A stretch of DNA of 64,000 nucleotides from Bdellovibrionales bacterium (GTDB lineage Bacteria > Bdellovibrionota > Bdellovibrionia > Bdellovibrionales > JAGQZY01). The first letter of the stretch is position 1. Each line of letters starts with the position of its first letter. Positions 27,959 through 38,204 of this stretch are shown here, one piece after another. The position numbers and the translations under genes are program-made. The stretch covers positions 5,617 through 69,616 of the forward strand of contig JAYUQP010000067.1 of assembly GCA_043757265.1 (NCBI GenBank). The letters are read 5' to 3'. The notes beneath the pieces were generated by a model that made no database searches, was not told the origin of the DNA, and saw only the letters and a list, made by a program, of their open reading frames with translations.

Positions 27959-29467
27959 ATGCGATCTAACCGAGCGGTTCTTAACTTTATTACCAGCTTT
28001 TCACGCACCATCGTGGCCACGGTACTGAGCCTGGCAACAACTCCGTTGATTCTCAACTCTCTTGGTGATGAGCGTTTCGGAGCTTATCGGTTGCTTCTCG
28101 ATTGGTTGTCCCATCTTGGCATTTTGGAGTTTGGGCTTTACTCGGCAAGTCTGACGCTTTTGTCTAAAGCTTCTGCCGAAGGCGCGGAAAGCGTTCGCGG
28201 CACGCTCAAGCTCATTCTCAAAAATTATGGCTATGTTTTCGTGGCGCAGGTCGGTTTTTTTATCCTTTTTTTCTTCTTTGTCGACCGTTTAATTCCCGTA
28301 AGCTTTCAACTGCAAAATGAACTGCGACTATCTGCTCTGATCATGTCAATTTCGCTGTTATTCTTAGTCAGTCAGATATTTAAGGCGTATCTCGAAGCTG
28401 TTCAAAAAGGTTATCTGGTCAGCGTGACGCTTGTGTTTTTCAATATCATTTTTCTAGTGCAGTGTACGCTTTTTGCTTATTGGCAGTGGGGCCTTTGGGG
28501 GCAGGTGATCGCGTACGTCAGCAGTCTGTTTGTTTCGTTTGCGGCTCTTATCGCTTTTGCTCCGGAAGTTATTAAGCATTTTTTATCCAAACAAACATCG
28601 CACGCACCCAAACAACTTTTAAAAAATCAACGCTTCAGTCATTTTATCAACGAACTTTGCGGTCGCATTTCGTTGATGTCGGACAATATCATCATTGCTT
28701 TTTTTATGGGAGCAGGACCCGTAACCGCATTTTTTATCACCCAAAAAGTTGGCAACATGATGCAGCAGCAACTGCAACATCTGAGTAATTCTTCGTGGGC
28801 CGCTCTTAGCGAACTGCACTACCAGGGCAAGCATCAGCAATTCAACGAGCGGGTGATCAACCTCACTGAACTTATCGCCTTTTGCGCTGGTATTGCGCTA
28901 TCGGTTGTTTGTTTGCTGAACGCTTCGTTTGTCACTTTGTGGACAGGGCCAAAAACTTTCTCAGGCTCTACAGTTACATATTTAACGGCCATCAATGCAG
29001 CCCTATTTTCTATTCTAAGCTTATGGTCTTGGTGTTTTGCCGCAAGTAATCTTTCGCAAAAAATGATCACCATGTCCATTGTGCAAGGCGTGGTCAACAT
29101 TACTGCCTCAATCGTACTTACAAAACATATTGGTATTACAGGCCCTCTCTACGGCACTCTTATCGGCTACGTGGGTATAAGCCTTTTTTGGAAGTCCACT
29201 GTTCTATGCCGAACTTTTAATATGAGCTTTTTAAAACTCACGCTGTCGTGGCTGAGCCCTCTTGTCCCACCATTGGGTTTGACTCTCCTCTATCTTATTA
29301 CTTTCGGATCTCCACGCCTAACCTCGTGGTTCGAACTTTTTATCGCAGGCTCGATAAGTACTAGTCTGCTTTTTGCGGTTAGCTATTTCCTGTTGCTGAG
29401 CACAGAAAATAAAATCCTATTAAAAAATGTTATTTTTTCCTTTCAACAAAGGGTGTTTAAAAAATGA
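27959..29467 (+). CDS. Wzx-type oligosaccharide flippase
   Basis: About 12-14 TMs; TTPLILNSLGDERFG; DNIIIAFFMGAGPV. Confidence 0.85.
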   Translation: MRSNRAVLNFITSFSRTIVATVLSLATTPLILNSLGDERFGAYRLLLDWLSHLGILEFGLYSASLTLLSKASAEGAESVRGTLKLILKNYGYVFVAQVGFFILFFFFVDRLIPVSFQLQNELRLSALIMSISLLFLVSQIFKAYLEAVQKGYLVSVTLVFFNIIFLVQCTLFAYWQWGLWGQVIAYVSSLFVSFAALIAFAPEVIKHFLSKQTSHAPKQLLKNQRFSHFINELCGRISLMSDNIIIAFFMGAGPVTAFFITQKVGNMMQQQLQHLSNSSWAALSELHYQGKHQQFNERVINLTELIAFCAGIALSVVCLLNASFVTLWTGPKTFSGSTVTYLTAINAALFSILSLWSWCFAASNLSQKMITMSIVQGVVNITASIVLTKHIGITGPLYGTLIGYVGISLFWKSTVLCRTFNMSFLKLTLSWLSPLVPPLGLTLLYLITFGSPRLTSWFELFIAGSISTSLLFAVSYFLLLSTENKILLKNVIFSFQQRVFKK

Positions 29468-30231
29468 TGGGCTTTTTAAAAAAATTGATAAATCCTCGAT
29501 TGACTTGGGCTTACCGATATTACCGTTACCCCGAGTTTTTTGATGTTGTTGGTGCTCCGTTAACATTCAAAAAAGATGGCCTCTATACAAAACACAACTC
29601 AGATACGCTTCAAAATCCGCTTTTCGTAGAAGCTTACCGCTTGGCAAAATCCACGGGTTCCTTCGAGGGAGCCTGGGGCCTCGTGGACCCTGAGTACCGC
29701 GCGTACGTATATTGTTGGAGCGCCTTCCACTGCAAGGACATCCCGGGAGACTTTGTGGAGTGCGGAGTTAATAAGGGCGGAATGGCCCGCGCAGCCGTCC
29801 ACTACACTGGGTTTACAAATGCGACAGCAAAGAAATTTTATCTCTTAGACACCTATCAGGGAACTCCAAAACACTGTTTGGCAGAAGATGAGACTCGCCG
29901 CAATCAATACGAAGAGTGTTACGACCGCGTAGTCCAAAATTTTCATGAATTTAAAAATGTGGTCATAGTAAAGGGTGAAGTGCCAGCCACTCTGGCGCGA
30001 GTTCCAAGCCAGCAAATCTGTTTTTTATCGCTCGATATGAATGCGTTAGCTCCCGAGATAGCAGCCATCGAGTATTTTTGGCCAAAGCTTAGCACCGGAG
30101 GAATTGTGGTGCTTGATGATTATAATAATGTCGGCCACGAACGCCAAAAACGCGGCTTTGACGAGTTTTGCCACCAGCACGGAAAACAAGTCATGTCGCT
30201 CCCCACTGGCCAGGGCCTGATCTTCAAATAA
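29464..30231 (+). CDS. TylF/MycF-family O-methyltransferase
   Basis: GDFVECGVNKG, LDTYQG, LSLDMN, GGIVVLDDY. Confidence 0.92.
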   Translation: MMGFLKKLINPRLTWAYRYYRYPEFFDVVGAPLTFKKDGLYTKHNSDTLQNPLFVEAYRLAKSTGSFEGAWGLVDPEYRAYVYCWSAFHCKDIPGDFVECGVNKGGMARAAVHYTGFTNATAKKFYLLDTYQGTPKHCLAEDETRRNQYEECYDRVVQNFHEFKNVVIVKGEVPATLARVPSQQICFLSLDMNALAPEIAAIEYFWPKLSTGGIVVLDDYNNVGHERQKRGFDEFCHQHGKQVMSLPTGQGLIFK

Positions 30232-30249
30232 ATTTTTGCGTTCTCAAAC

Positions 30250-31023
30250 CTACAAGTGGAATTGTTTGATCGCTTGATCAAGATCTTCAATGGTCCCGAT
30301 ATCTATGTATCGCCCTTCATTTACGGGTTGTGCGCAAACGCGAAGACCGTGCTGAATGGCCTGGTTGATGACATCACCAAAGACCACCTCTTTGCCCTCG
30401 GCCACTGTGCACGTTTTTAAAAACTCATGCATAAAGTGTGCAAATTTAAAATTCCAAAAACAGCAACCCCACATGTGAGTGAGCTTAGTGTCCTTAGGCT
30501 TATCGATCGTGCCCGTTACGAGATTAGATTGCCCGTTAAAATCGACCATCCCAAATTTTTTGGGATTTTGAGTGGGAAACAATCCTAGCATCAAGTCCGG
30601 CTTTAGCTTCTCAAAAGCTGTTTTAAGATCTACAAAGGAATTTTCGGGCTCAATGATCGTGTCAGACATGCCAAATACAATCACATCATTAGGTGTGATC
30701 CACGGAAATGATAAATCTAAGGCATAAGGCATTCCGCGTGCTACACTCTGAAAATTGTAAACAATAGGAATCCCGGTTGTTCTTCCCGATCCGTAATAAT
30801 CCATAATGTCAGACTTGCCTGGTCCCAACGTGATAATTATTTTTTCCACTCCCATTCGCGTCATGTGATTGACCAGATACTGGCTTACAACTTTTGGTCG
30901 CAGTTTGCTTTCGCCGTCAATTTGCACTTCGTGGTAACCAATCGGGTACAACTCTTTTGAAAAAGGCAATGGATGGAGGCGCGTCCCTTTACCGGCGGCT
31001 GGAATCAGACCTATTAAGCTCAT
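30250..31023 (-). CDS. Sugar-1-phosphate nucleotidyltransferase (RmlA-like)
   Basis: GLIPAAGKGTRLHPLPFSKEL, DKP, YIDIGT. Confidence 0.88.
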   Translation of the reverse strand: MSLIGLIPAAGKGTRLHPLPFSKELYPIGYHEVQIDGESKLRPKVVSQYLVNHMTRMGVEKIIITLGPGKSDIMDYYGSGRTTGIPIVYNFQSVARGMPYALDLSFPWITPNDVIVFGMSDTIIEPENSFVDLKTAFEKLKPDLMLGLFPTQNPKKFGMVDFNGQSNLVTGTIDKPKDTKLTHMWGCCFWNFKFAHFMHEFLKTCTVAEGKEVVFGDVINQAIQHGLRVCAQPVNEGRYIDIGTIEDLDQAIKQFHL

Positions 31024-32078
31024 GGTTTTTCTCCTTGTGGAACAAATCCTTTTTCAAAAACACTTTTACCGCGGATGCCTTTGCCGAAACAAACACGTAA
31101 ACGCTCCAGCCACCGCACTCCTAAATACGAAACTATCTGCATTTTGTAGTAGCTAAAAAGACTCGTTGCTTCAGGAAAGACAGCTTGCAGGTCTGCTAGT
31201 AGATTTTTGAGATCTCTTGCCGCGATCTCCCCGTGCACCATTTTTAAATCGAGCATATTCAAAACACCCTGTGCATGGGCCGCATAACATGATTTGTAAA
31301 ATGCTAAGTTTCCGACATCTGATCGTGTCGCCCAACTCTCGATATCTTCGATGATTAAACGAAAGCTTTGATACTGTTTTTTTTGTTTTTCGGGCTTGAA
31401 CGAAGACCATGTTTGCGAGCCCAGTCGATAGCAAAACAACGTCTCCTCCACAAAAAAAGTGTTGCGACTTTGTGTGCACATTTTGGCAAAGGCCGCACCG
31501 TCCAAACATGTGCCGTATTTGGCCTCCCAGCCTCCGGCTTTTAAGAAAATATTCCGTCGATATATGGAACTCATCACCATGTGGTTGGCGATCAACTGAT
31601 TCTTCAATCGATCAATGCCGCCTACAAGTCCGGGCACCGATGATATCTGGCTCTGACAAAGCGGTTGCATCGCTTCGTCGCAGTATTCGATTCCGCTGTA
31701 GATAATATCCACGTCGGGATGGCGATCGATAATGTTTTTGTAGACTTTCAAAAAATCAGACTTAATATGATCGTCATCGCTTAACAAATAAACAAACTCA
31801 CCCTTGGCTTGTTCGAGCAGAAATTTCCAGTTGCCTGGGCCACCCAAATTTTTATCGTGATGAAAAATCGAAATGGGGAATGCATTTGTGCTTTTTTTTA
31901 AAGTGTTTAAGTAGTCCCTGGTGCCATCGCTTGAAGCGTCGTTTGAAATGATCAACTCGATGTACTCCAAACCCTCGCTTTGTTGAAACACACTCGCGAG
32001 AGTTTCTTTCAACATGTCACAGCGATTGTGTGTGGGTACCAAAATGGAAACAAGCGGACGCAAATTTGAAAGGCTCAT
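31020..32078 (-). CDS. Glycosyltransferase family 2
   Basis: VSILVPTHNR, NDASSDGT, LSDDD. Confidence 0.92.
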   Translation of the reverse strand: MSLSNLRPLVSILVPTHNRCDMLKETLASVFQQSEGLEYIELIISNDASSDGTRDYLNTLKKSTNAFPISIFHHDKNLGGPGNWKFLLEQAKGEFVYLLSDDDHIKSDFLKVYKNIIDRHPDVDIIYSGIEYCDEAMQPLCQSQISSVPGLVGGIDRLKNQLIANHMVMSSIYRRNIFLKAGGWEAKYGTCLDGAAFAKMCTQSRNTFFVEETLFCYRLGSQTWSSFKPEKQKKQYQSFRLIIEDIESWATRSDVGNLAFYKSCYAAHAQGVLNMLDLKMVHGEIAARDLKNLLADLQAVFPEATSLFSYYKMQIVSYLGVRWLERLRVCFGKGIRGKSVFEKGFVPQGEKP

Positions 32079-32171
32079 AACAGAAGTTTACTCTGGAGTT
32101 AGCGGCGGATCATCCTTGAATCCATCTTTGGTCCAGGTGTATTCCTAAAAATTTAAGGCTAAGATCTGATT

Positions 32172-33140
32172 ATGATTTTCTCTGTAATTACTCCCACACA
32201 CTTCCGCCCCGAAAAACTGCGCGCCCTTCTTTTATCTTTGGAACACCAGACGCTTTCGGCCGAACAGTTCGAAGTGATTCTTGTTCCATCGCCAAACGAT
32301 TCTGGGCCGGAAAATCTGCCGTCGACGAGACTCAACTTGCGAATTCTTTCGGCTGATGGTGACCCCTACGGTGGAAAAAGCGCCTCTTTCAAAAGAAATA
32401 GCGGCGCTCAAACGGCGCGGGCCCCATGGTTGGCTTTTATCGACGATGACTGCATCGCCGACCGCAATTGGTTACAACAAGCAAGCCTGCGTTTAAAAAA
32501 TACCGAATGTCAGGCCATCGAGGGACTGACGAAAATTCCTTTACCGGAAAAAATGACCTACACCTACAAGGGGTTGCAAAGGCTTTCGCAGGCCGGAGGT
32601 TACCAAACCTGTAATATGTTTTACAAAAGAGATGTCTTTTTAGACTGTGGCGGTTTCGATTTGAACTTCCCCTTTTATCTTGAAGACACGGATCTTGCGT
32701 GGACCCTGCTCGACCGCGGACAAAAAATTGTTTTCGATAACTTAAGCATCGTTGAACATCCTGTACCGGATCCCGACGTGGATCGACTTTTATTTAATGC
32801 CTATCGCGCTCGTCTAATTCCTTATTTGTACAGAAAACACTCGCAGATGTTTAAAAGCCAAGGTTGGAGGGCCCTTCAGCGTTTTCAATGGTTTTTTTTA
32901 TTTGTTCATACCGGCCTGGTCGCTTGGTTTATATCCACCCCGTCGGTACAGCGACTCATTTTTATCGCCAGCGCAGTGGTGTTGTTGAGCGTGGCGTACA
33001 CAGCCAAGCAGTTGCGCGGATGTTCTTTTACTGTCGATGAAGCTATTAAGATGAGTTTTTATTATATCATCACGCCATGGATTACTTTAATTCAGTTATG
33101 GCGGGGGAATTTTCAACAACGAACTTTTATCTGGCGCTAG
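32172..33140 (+). CDS. Glycosyltransferase family 2 with C-terminal TM helices
   Basis: FSVITPT, RNSG, AFIDDDC, GGFD..EDTDL. Confidence 0.92.
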   Translation: MIFSVITPTHFRPEKLRALLLSLEHQTLSAEQFEVILVPSPNDSGPENLPSTRLNLRILSADGDPYGGKSASFKRNSGAQTARAPWLAFIDDDCIADRNWLQQASLRLKNTECQAIEGLTKIPLPEKMTYTYKGLQRLSQAGGYQTCNMFYKRDVFLDCGGFDLNFPFYLEDTDLAWTLLDRGQKIVFDNLSIVEHPVPDPDVDRLLFNAYRARLIPYLYRKHSQMFKSQGWRALQRFQWFFLFVHTGLVAWFISTPSVQRLIFIASAVVLLSVAYTAKQLRGCSFTVDEAIKMSFYYIITPWITLIQLWRGNFQQRTFIWR

Positions 33141-33155
33141 GCCACCGATTGCAAT

Positions 33156-33434
33156 TTAAAAGGGCGACGTTGGCTTGAGCGTCTCAACAATTCCTTCAGC
33201 CACAAGCCCTTCACAAAACTCTTGTATATCTGTAGCTACAATAGAAAGTTCGCAATCAAAATCCTCAACTAATAGATTCGAAATCACTTCCGAGTCGTTC
33301 TCACCGTCTAATTTTTCCCAAATAAACGATCCCACTTCATTTAATTCATGAACTTTTTGATTGCGAGGATCTAGAATGACGGCCTTCTCTTCGATAATCT
33401 GCCACGGCAACCCTTGCACACGTTTGTAGTTCAT
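33156..33434 (-). CDS. PqqD-family (RiPP recognition element-like) protein
   Basis: 92 aa; ELNEVGSFIWEKLDG...LVEDFD...DIQEFCEGLVAEGIV is the PqqD pattern. GGGG RBS. Confidence 0.88.
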   Translation of the reverse strand: MNYKRVQGLPWQIIEEKAVILDPRNQKVHELNEVGSFIWEKLDGENDSEVISNLLVEDFDCELSIVATDIQEFCEGLVAEGIVETLKPTSPF

Positions 33435-33527
33435 AAATCCCCCTGATTCATAAAGCTTATTCTTTTTCGCAAGATTCTACCACCCGATGCTCGATGAAGG
33501 TCGAGGCACAAAACGCAAAAAAAAGAT

Positions 33528-33658
33528 ACGCGAGATCCTTCGCTACGCTCAGGCTGACAGTGGAAATTCCAGGCTGACGGTAAGCAATCCCTGGCTGACG
33601 GTGAGCAAATTACGATGAACCACTTTCGTCATCCTGAGCGCAGCGAAGGATCTCGTGT
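33528..33658. repeat. REP-like inverted pair (GTCATCCTGAGCG-N-AGCGAAGGATCTC type) enclosing about 20-bp direct repeats
   Basis: GAGATCCTTCGCTACGCTCAGGCTGAC ... GTCATCCTGAGCGCAGCGAAGGATCTC; GGCTGAC x3 inside. Confidence 0.8.
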
Positions 33659-33685
33659 TCAGTTAAGTTCTTCGTCGACGATTTT

Positions 33686-33808
33686 ACCCAGATCCAGAGG
33701 ATCTGATTTCATCAAATCCGAAGAATCTGTTGGTATGTTTGGATCTGTAAGATCCAAACAAATCAGATCTGGAAGATCTGATGATATCAAACCTGGAGGA
33801 TCTGATAA
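33686..33808 (-). repeat. Five degenerate tandem units (four of 24 nt, one of 27 nt), frame-preserving
   Basis: Minus strand: ttatcagatcctccaggtttgata / tcatcagatcttccagatctgatt / tgtttggatcttacagatccaaac / ataccaacagattcttcggatttgatg / aaatcagatcctctggatctgggt. Confidence 0.75.
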
Positions 33809-33810
33809 TG

Positions 33811-34206
33811 TTAATTGCGCAGAATTCCCCATGCTATAAGAATTAGCAAAAAACTCCAACTGTGCTTGTGGTTTACCCAATTTTGCGGAGCCCCGCAAAA
33901 ATCTTTTCTAAAAGATAGGACAAAAAGATAGCAAATCAGAAAGCCAACAATGGGTCCCAGTGGATGAAAATAAAAAGACAGGCTGATGTCGCAAGAGAAA
34001 AAAGCGATCACCGCGCGCGTGAGGCCGCAGCCCGGACACTCCCATTCTGTAAAATAACGAAACAAGCAGGCTACAGGCGATTGGGCACTTAAGCTCTCAA
34101 CCGATGCGATGGATGGACGCCAACCGGCCATCCACGCGAACGCACTGGCAAAGCACCCCAAAAGAAAACCGATTTGAAAAACTCTTTTAAAGACCTTGGC
34201 TACCAT
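33811..34206 (-). CDS. DUF2752 family membrane protein
   Basis: CLFRYFTEWECPGCGLTRA...HPLG...WGILRN. Confidence 0.88.
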   Translation of the reverse strand: MVAKVFKRVFQIGFLLGCFASAFAWMAGWRPSIASVESLSAQSPVACLFRYFTEWECPGCGLTRAVIAFFSCDISLSFYFHPLGPIVGFLICYLFVLSFRKDFCGAPQNWVNHKHSWSFLLILIAWGILRN

Positions 34207-34549
34207 AAAAGCCGTTAATTTCTGACTGTTGGATAGCATCGTTCACCATGCTCAATCCAAAGAAGGTTAAAATGACGGCTATAAGGCCTGCGGAGCCTGG
34301 ATCTTTTTTTAATAGCACAGCGATATCTGAGCTTTTTCGGTATTCGTGATAAATATGATAGAGGCCGCAGGTGAGGATGGTAAAAATCAGCCACTGAGCA
34401 AAGCTGTATTTGTACTCTTTCAACATGTCATTCACCGCCTGGCACTGCTTGTACTGTACGTAGATGTTGTACAAAAAACAGGTGATAAGAGTGAGGATGA
34501 TATCTAAAACAATATTTCGAACGTGTTGGTTTTTTAATGTTTGTGTCAT
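34187..34549 (-). CDS. DUF4234 family membrane protein
   Basis: Duplicated LTLITCFLY / FTILTCGLY motif; IQQSEIN near the C-terminus. Confidence 0.82.
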   Translation of the reverse strand: MTQTLKNQHVRNIVLDIILTLITCFLYNIYVQYKQCQAVNDMLKEYKYSFAQWLIFTILTCGLYHIYHEYRKSSDIAVLLKKDPGSAGLIAVILTFFGLSMVNDAIQQSEINGFYGSQGL

Positions 34550-34558
34550 ACGGCGGTT

Positions 34559-35719
34559 CTACTTGGTCTTCAACAAACGAGCAACAATGATTTTTTCGAT
34601 CTGTTCCGCCACAGTTTTGATCGAAAAAGTCTTTGCGCGGTTGAATCCGCGTGCACGCAGCTGTTCCAACAGGTTTTCATTGTGCAAAGTTTCAACAAGA
34701 CAACGGGCCCATGCCTCTTTATCCGACTCCGAAATTATAAGCCCTGCATCATCAACCACGAACGGAATTTCCCCTGAATCACTTGCAATGACGGGCACTC
34801 CACAAGCAAAGGCCTCGATGATCATTCGGCCAAACTGCTCTCGCCAAAACGTAGTTGTCTGACTGGGGCACAAAAGCACATCCATCACTGGTAAAATCTG
34901 TGGAACTTCTTCGTGCTTTACTAGCTTCAAGAAAACACGTGCTTGTAGATTGTTTTGTACAACCCAATTTTCAAGCTCCCCGCGCATCGGTCCATCACCC
35001 AAAATGAGAACTTGCCACTCTTGCTCGCGCGGAAGTTTTTCGATGGCGTAACAAAAATGCGCCAGCCCCTTTTCTTTGTTTAATCTTCCCATAAAACCTA
35101 TGGTCTTAACGTCCTGTAGGCCCCACTCTATGCGCTTTTGGGTTTTCTGTTGCTGCGTCAATGGCACAAAACGATCGGTGTTCACAAAATAGGGAACAAC
35201 CTCTGAGTGGCCTGAAAAATTTTTCGCATGAAACGTTTCTAGCACTTGGGGCCCGCAACCCCAAAGAGAATCACACTCTTGTAGAGTTTGTTTTTCGAGA
35301 AGTGAAAAAGGCCATGGATAGTTTTTGAAAATATTTTGATTCGTAAATAACGAGTAAGGAATTTTTTCTTTGCGCAATGCTCGCCCGAGTTGAAATCCCG
35401 AAAAGATATAGGGTTCTTCCCAAACGTAGGCGTAGTCCCATTTTTTCAGCTTTACAAGCTTGCGCAATTCGCGCTGTTTGTACCAAAAGAGATGAATATA
35501 CGATGTGGCAACACACGGCAGATCCACCACTTGGAGATTGCTTCCCGCATGTTCAGGCTCGCACTCGATGGGCCGCAGATCTCCAGCAAAAAATCGCGGG
35601 GCTCCGACCGTCACCTCGATGTGGTCGCTTTTGTTGAGCTCTCGCATCAGTGAGCGGTTTAAAGCCACAACGTAGGAATGCCCAACACTGAGTAGTTGAA
35701 TTTTATCTTTCATTTTCAA
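34559..35719 (-). CDS. Glycosyltransferase family 4
   Basis: GRLNKEKG, WREQFGRMIIEAFACGVPVIASDSGEIP. Confidence 0.93.
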   Translation of the reverse strand: MKMKDKIQLLSVGHSYVVALNRSLMRELNKSDHIEVTVGAPRFFAGDLRPIECEPEHAGSNLQVVDLPCVATSYIHLFWYKQRELRKLVKLKKWDYAYVWEEPYIFSGFQLGRALRKEKIPYSLFTNQNIFKNYPWPFSLLEKQTLQECDSLWGCGPQVLETFHAKNFSGHSEVVPYFVNTDRFVPLTQQQKTQKRIEWGLQDVKTIGFMGRLNKEKGLAHFCYAIEKLPREQEWQVLILGDGPMRGELENWVVQNNLQARVFLKLVKHEEVPQILPVMDVLLCPSQTTTFWREQFGRMIIEAFACGVPVIASDSGEIPFVVDDAGLIISESDKEAWARCLVETLHNENLLEQLRARGFNRAKTFSIKTVAEQIEKIIVARLLKTK

Positions 35720-35818
35720 ATTATGACCGCGTTCCTGCGCAAGGAAAAGGTGAAAACGAAAACAAATATTATGTTACAAGCTCATTGAAAAACCGCAAAG
35801 ACTCTCTACACTGAGAGC

Positions 35819-37030
35819 ATGCAAGCCGTTCGAAAATTGCTTATCGCCATTCATGATCTCCACCCTTGGGGCGGGCAAGACAAATCCAATTTGGAAATTC
35901 TTTATGGCTTAAATGCGAATACACCGCTTGAAATCCACGCCTATCAATTCACCGATCATCGCCCGTGGCCGTCGGTAAAATTCGTAAAGTACACGGGCTT
36001 TCGCCGCCCGGTGATTTTAAAGATGCTTTCGTACGGATTTCGTTCTGTATTTCGTTTCGCGCAAATTCGTAAAAATGAAAAAGTTTGGGTGCAGAGCACA
36101 GGGACTGCCACTTGGGATCCGGATGTTTTTCAAATTCAATTTTTACATAAAACCTGGCAAAACCTCCAGGCTGATTTTAACCTCGATGAAGATTCGTCTT
36201 TTTTAAAAAGTGTTTATCATCAAATATTGCAATTTTTTAATATCTGGCTCGAAGAGCGAGTTTATAAAAAAAACAAAAAGTATATTGCGATTTCACATGC
36301 AATCAAAAAAGAGCTGATTCAAAACTTTCAAATCCCCGAAAAAAATATTCAAACAATATATCACGGCGTGGACACGCAGTTTTTTTCGCCTGCTACGACA
36401 ACTGAGGCTTTAGAGGCTCGCGAGAGGATCCGCAGCGAACTGCGCATTCCAAAAAACGCATTCGTGCTTTTGCATACCGGTGCACTCAATCAACGTAAAG
36501 GCGTGCCGCTGGCTTTAGAAACAATTGGAATTCTAAAAAGCTCAGGGCTTAGCAACATTCACTACATTGCCGTCGGCGCTGGCGATATCAAACCGCTTAA
36601 AAGAATCGCGGCAGAAGAAAAAATCAGCGATCACGTTCATTTTATTCAACATTGTAAAAATGTTCGCGACTACTACTGGGCAAGCGACCTTTTCTTTTTC
36701 CCAACGGTTTACGAACCTTTCGGTCTGGTGATTCTTGAAGCCATGGCGTCGGGCCTCCCCTGTGTTGTTTCAGCCAGCGCCGGCGGATCGGAATTGATCG
36801 AACACGAACAAAACGGCCTTTTGATCGAAAACATTTTGGACCCAGCTTCTATGGCTCAGCAGCTAGAAAGTCTGATTAAACAGCCTGAGCTGCAAAAACG
36901 ATATGGCGTGAACGCGGTGGAAACCGCCAAACGCCGACCATGGACCGTGGTTTCGGATGAGTATCTGCAGTTTTATCAATCACTCAATCCGCCAAATAAT
37001 CTGCCGACTCATGTCGAAACCTCCATCTAG
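35819..37030 (+). CDS. Glycosyltransferase family 4
   Basis: GGQD, YHGVD, RKG, YEPFGLVILEAMASGLP. Confidence 0.93.
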   Translation: MQAVRKLLIAIHDLHPWGGQDKSNLEILYGLNANTPLEIHAYQFTDHRPWPSVKFVKYTGFRRPVILKMLSYGFRSVFRFAQIRKNEKVWVQSTGTATWDPDVFQIQFLHKTWQNLQADFNLDEDSSFLKSVYHQILQFFNIWLEERVYKKNKKYIAISHAIKKELIQNFQIPEKNIQTIYHGVDTQFFSPATTTEALEARERIRSELRIPKNAFVLLHTGALNQRKGVPLALETIGILKSSGLSNIHYIAVGAGDIKPLKRIAAEEKISDHVHFIQHCKNVRDYYWASDLFFFPTVYEPFGLVILEAMASGLPCVVSASAGGSELIEHEQNGLLIENILDPASMAQQLESLIKQPELQKRYGVNAVETAKRRPWTVVSDEYLQFYQSLNPPNNLPTHVETSI

Positions 37031-37031
37031 G

Positions 37032-38204
37032 ATGATGTCACAGCCCTCGAAACGAAAAAAAATTCTGGTTCCTAGTTTCGACTTTAAACCCCAGCTGGGT
37101 GGCGTTGCGCACTACGTGCATGAGCTTATGACCGTGCTACATAATGAATACCACTTAGACATTCACATCCTTGCACGCCAAGCACCAGGCGCTGCGGCCT
37201 ACGATGCTGTCTCGCCGTTTAAGATAACGCGCATCAAAACTCCCGAGATGGCCGCTCTTGCTCTTCCACGATGGACAAAAGCCGTTTGGAAAATGCAAAA
37301 AAATCTCAAACCAGATTTTATTTTTTGTCCGCTGTGGTTTCCCGACGCAACCTCCGTGTACCTTGCGCAAAGGCTCGGAGCGCCAAAAAGTCCTTATTAT
37401 ATCGCCGCTCACGCCATGGAAATTGTGGAAAGTGAAAAGACCCCGAAGCTCTACCTGCGAAAAAAGTTTCTCTCCGGGCTTAAGCTCAAAACGTTTTTGC
37501 ATGCCGAAAAAATTTTTCCGGTGAGTCGGTTTACTAAAGATCTTATTTCGCAAATTACAAATTTGACGGAAAGCAAACTTTGCGTTGCGACAAACGGAAT
37601 CAATACAAACGTATTTCAACCATCACCCACAACTGCAAAGGATCGATTTCACAGATCCACAAAAAATCTTCTCACTGTGACGCGACTTCATCCTTATAAG
37701 GGCGTCGACATGGTTTTACGATCGCTCCCAGCGCTTATCAAACAAGGAATTGATCTCAAGTATCGAATCGTTGGCACGGGCTCGGACCTTGAGCGACTAA
37801 AAAAGCTAGTTTCCGAGCTTTCCCTGCAGAGTCACGTTTTATTTTTAGGAGCGCTTTCACAGAGGGAAATCATCGAGCATTACAACGCTGCAGATCTTTT
37901 TATTCTTTTATCAAGACAGGAACTGCCTGATGTTGAAGGTTTTGGGCTGGTATTTCTCGAAGCCGCTGCTTGTGGGCTTCCAAGTCTCGGCGGTGCGAGC
38001 GGTGGTATTCCTGACGCCATCGACAACGGACAATCTGGGTGGTTAGTGGATCCTACAGATTTGCAAAAGATCGAACGCCAGCTTTTTAAATTGTTATCCA
38101 CCCCGCAGATGCTTGCCACAGCTTCAACCTATTGTTTGCAAATGGTGACGCAAAGAAGCTGGTTCAAAACCGCGCAGATAATTACAGGAGCGATGCGTGT
38201 CTAA
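37032..38204 (+). CDS. Glycosyltransferase family 4 (PimB-like)
   Basis: DFKPQLGGV, RLHPYKGVD, EGFGLVFLEAAACGLP. Confidence 0.93.
   Translation: MMSQPSKRKKILVPSFDFKPQLGGVAHYVHELMTVLHNEYHLDIHILARQAPGAAAYDAVSPFKITRIKTPEMAALALPRWTKAVWKMQKNLKPDFIFCPLWFPDATSVYLAQRLGAPKSPYYIAAHAMEIVESEKTPKLYLRKKFLSGLKLKTFLHAEKIFPVSRFTKDLISQITNLTESKLCVATNGINTNVFQPSPTTAKDRFHRSTKNLLTVTRLHPYKGVDMVLRSLPALIKQGIDLKYRIVGTGSDLERLKKLVSELSLQSHVLFLGALSQREIIEHYNAADLFILLSRQELPDVEGFGLVFLEAAACGLPSLGGASGGIPDAIDNGQSGWLVDPTDLQKIERQLFKLLSTPQMLATASTYCLQMVTQRSWFKTAQIITGAMRV

Noticed and set aside
33156-33434. PQQ or lasso-peptide biosynthesis cluster
   Set aside because: No pqqA/B/C/E, lasso cyclase or B2 peptidase in the window.
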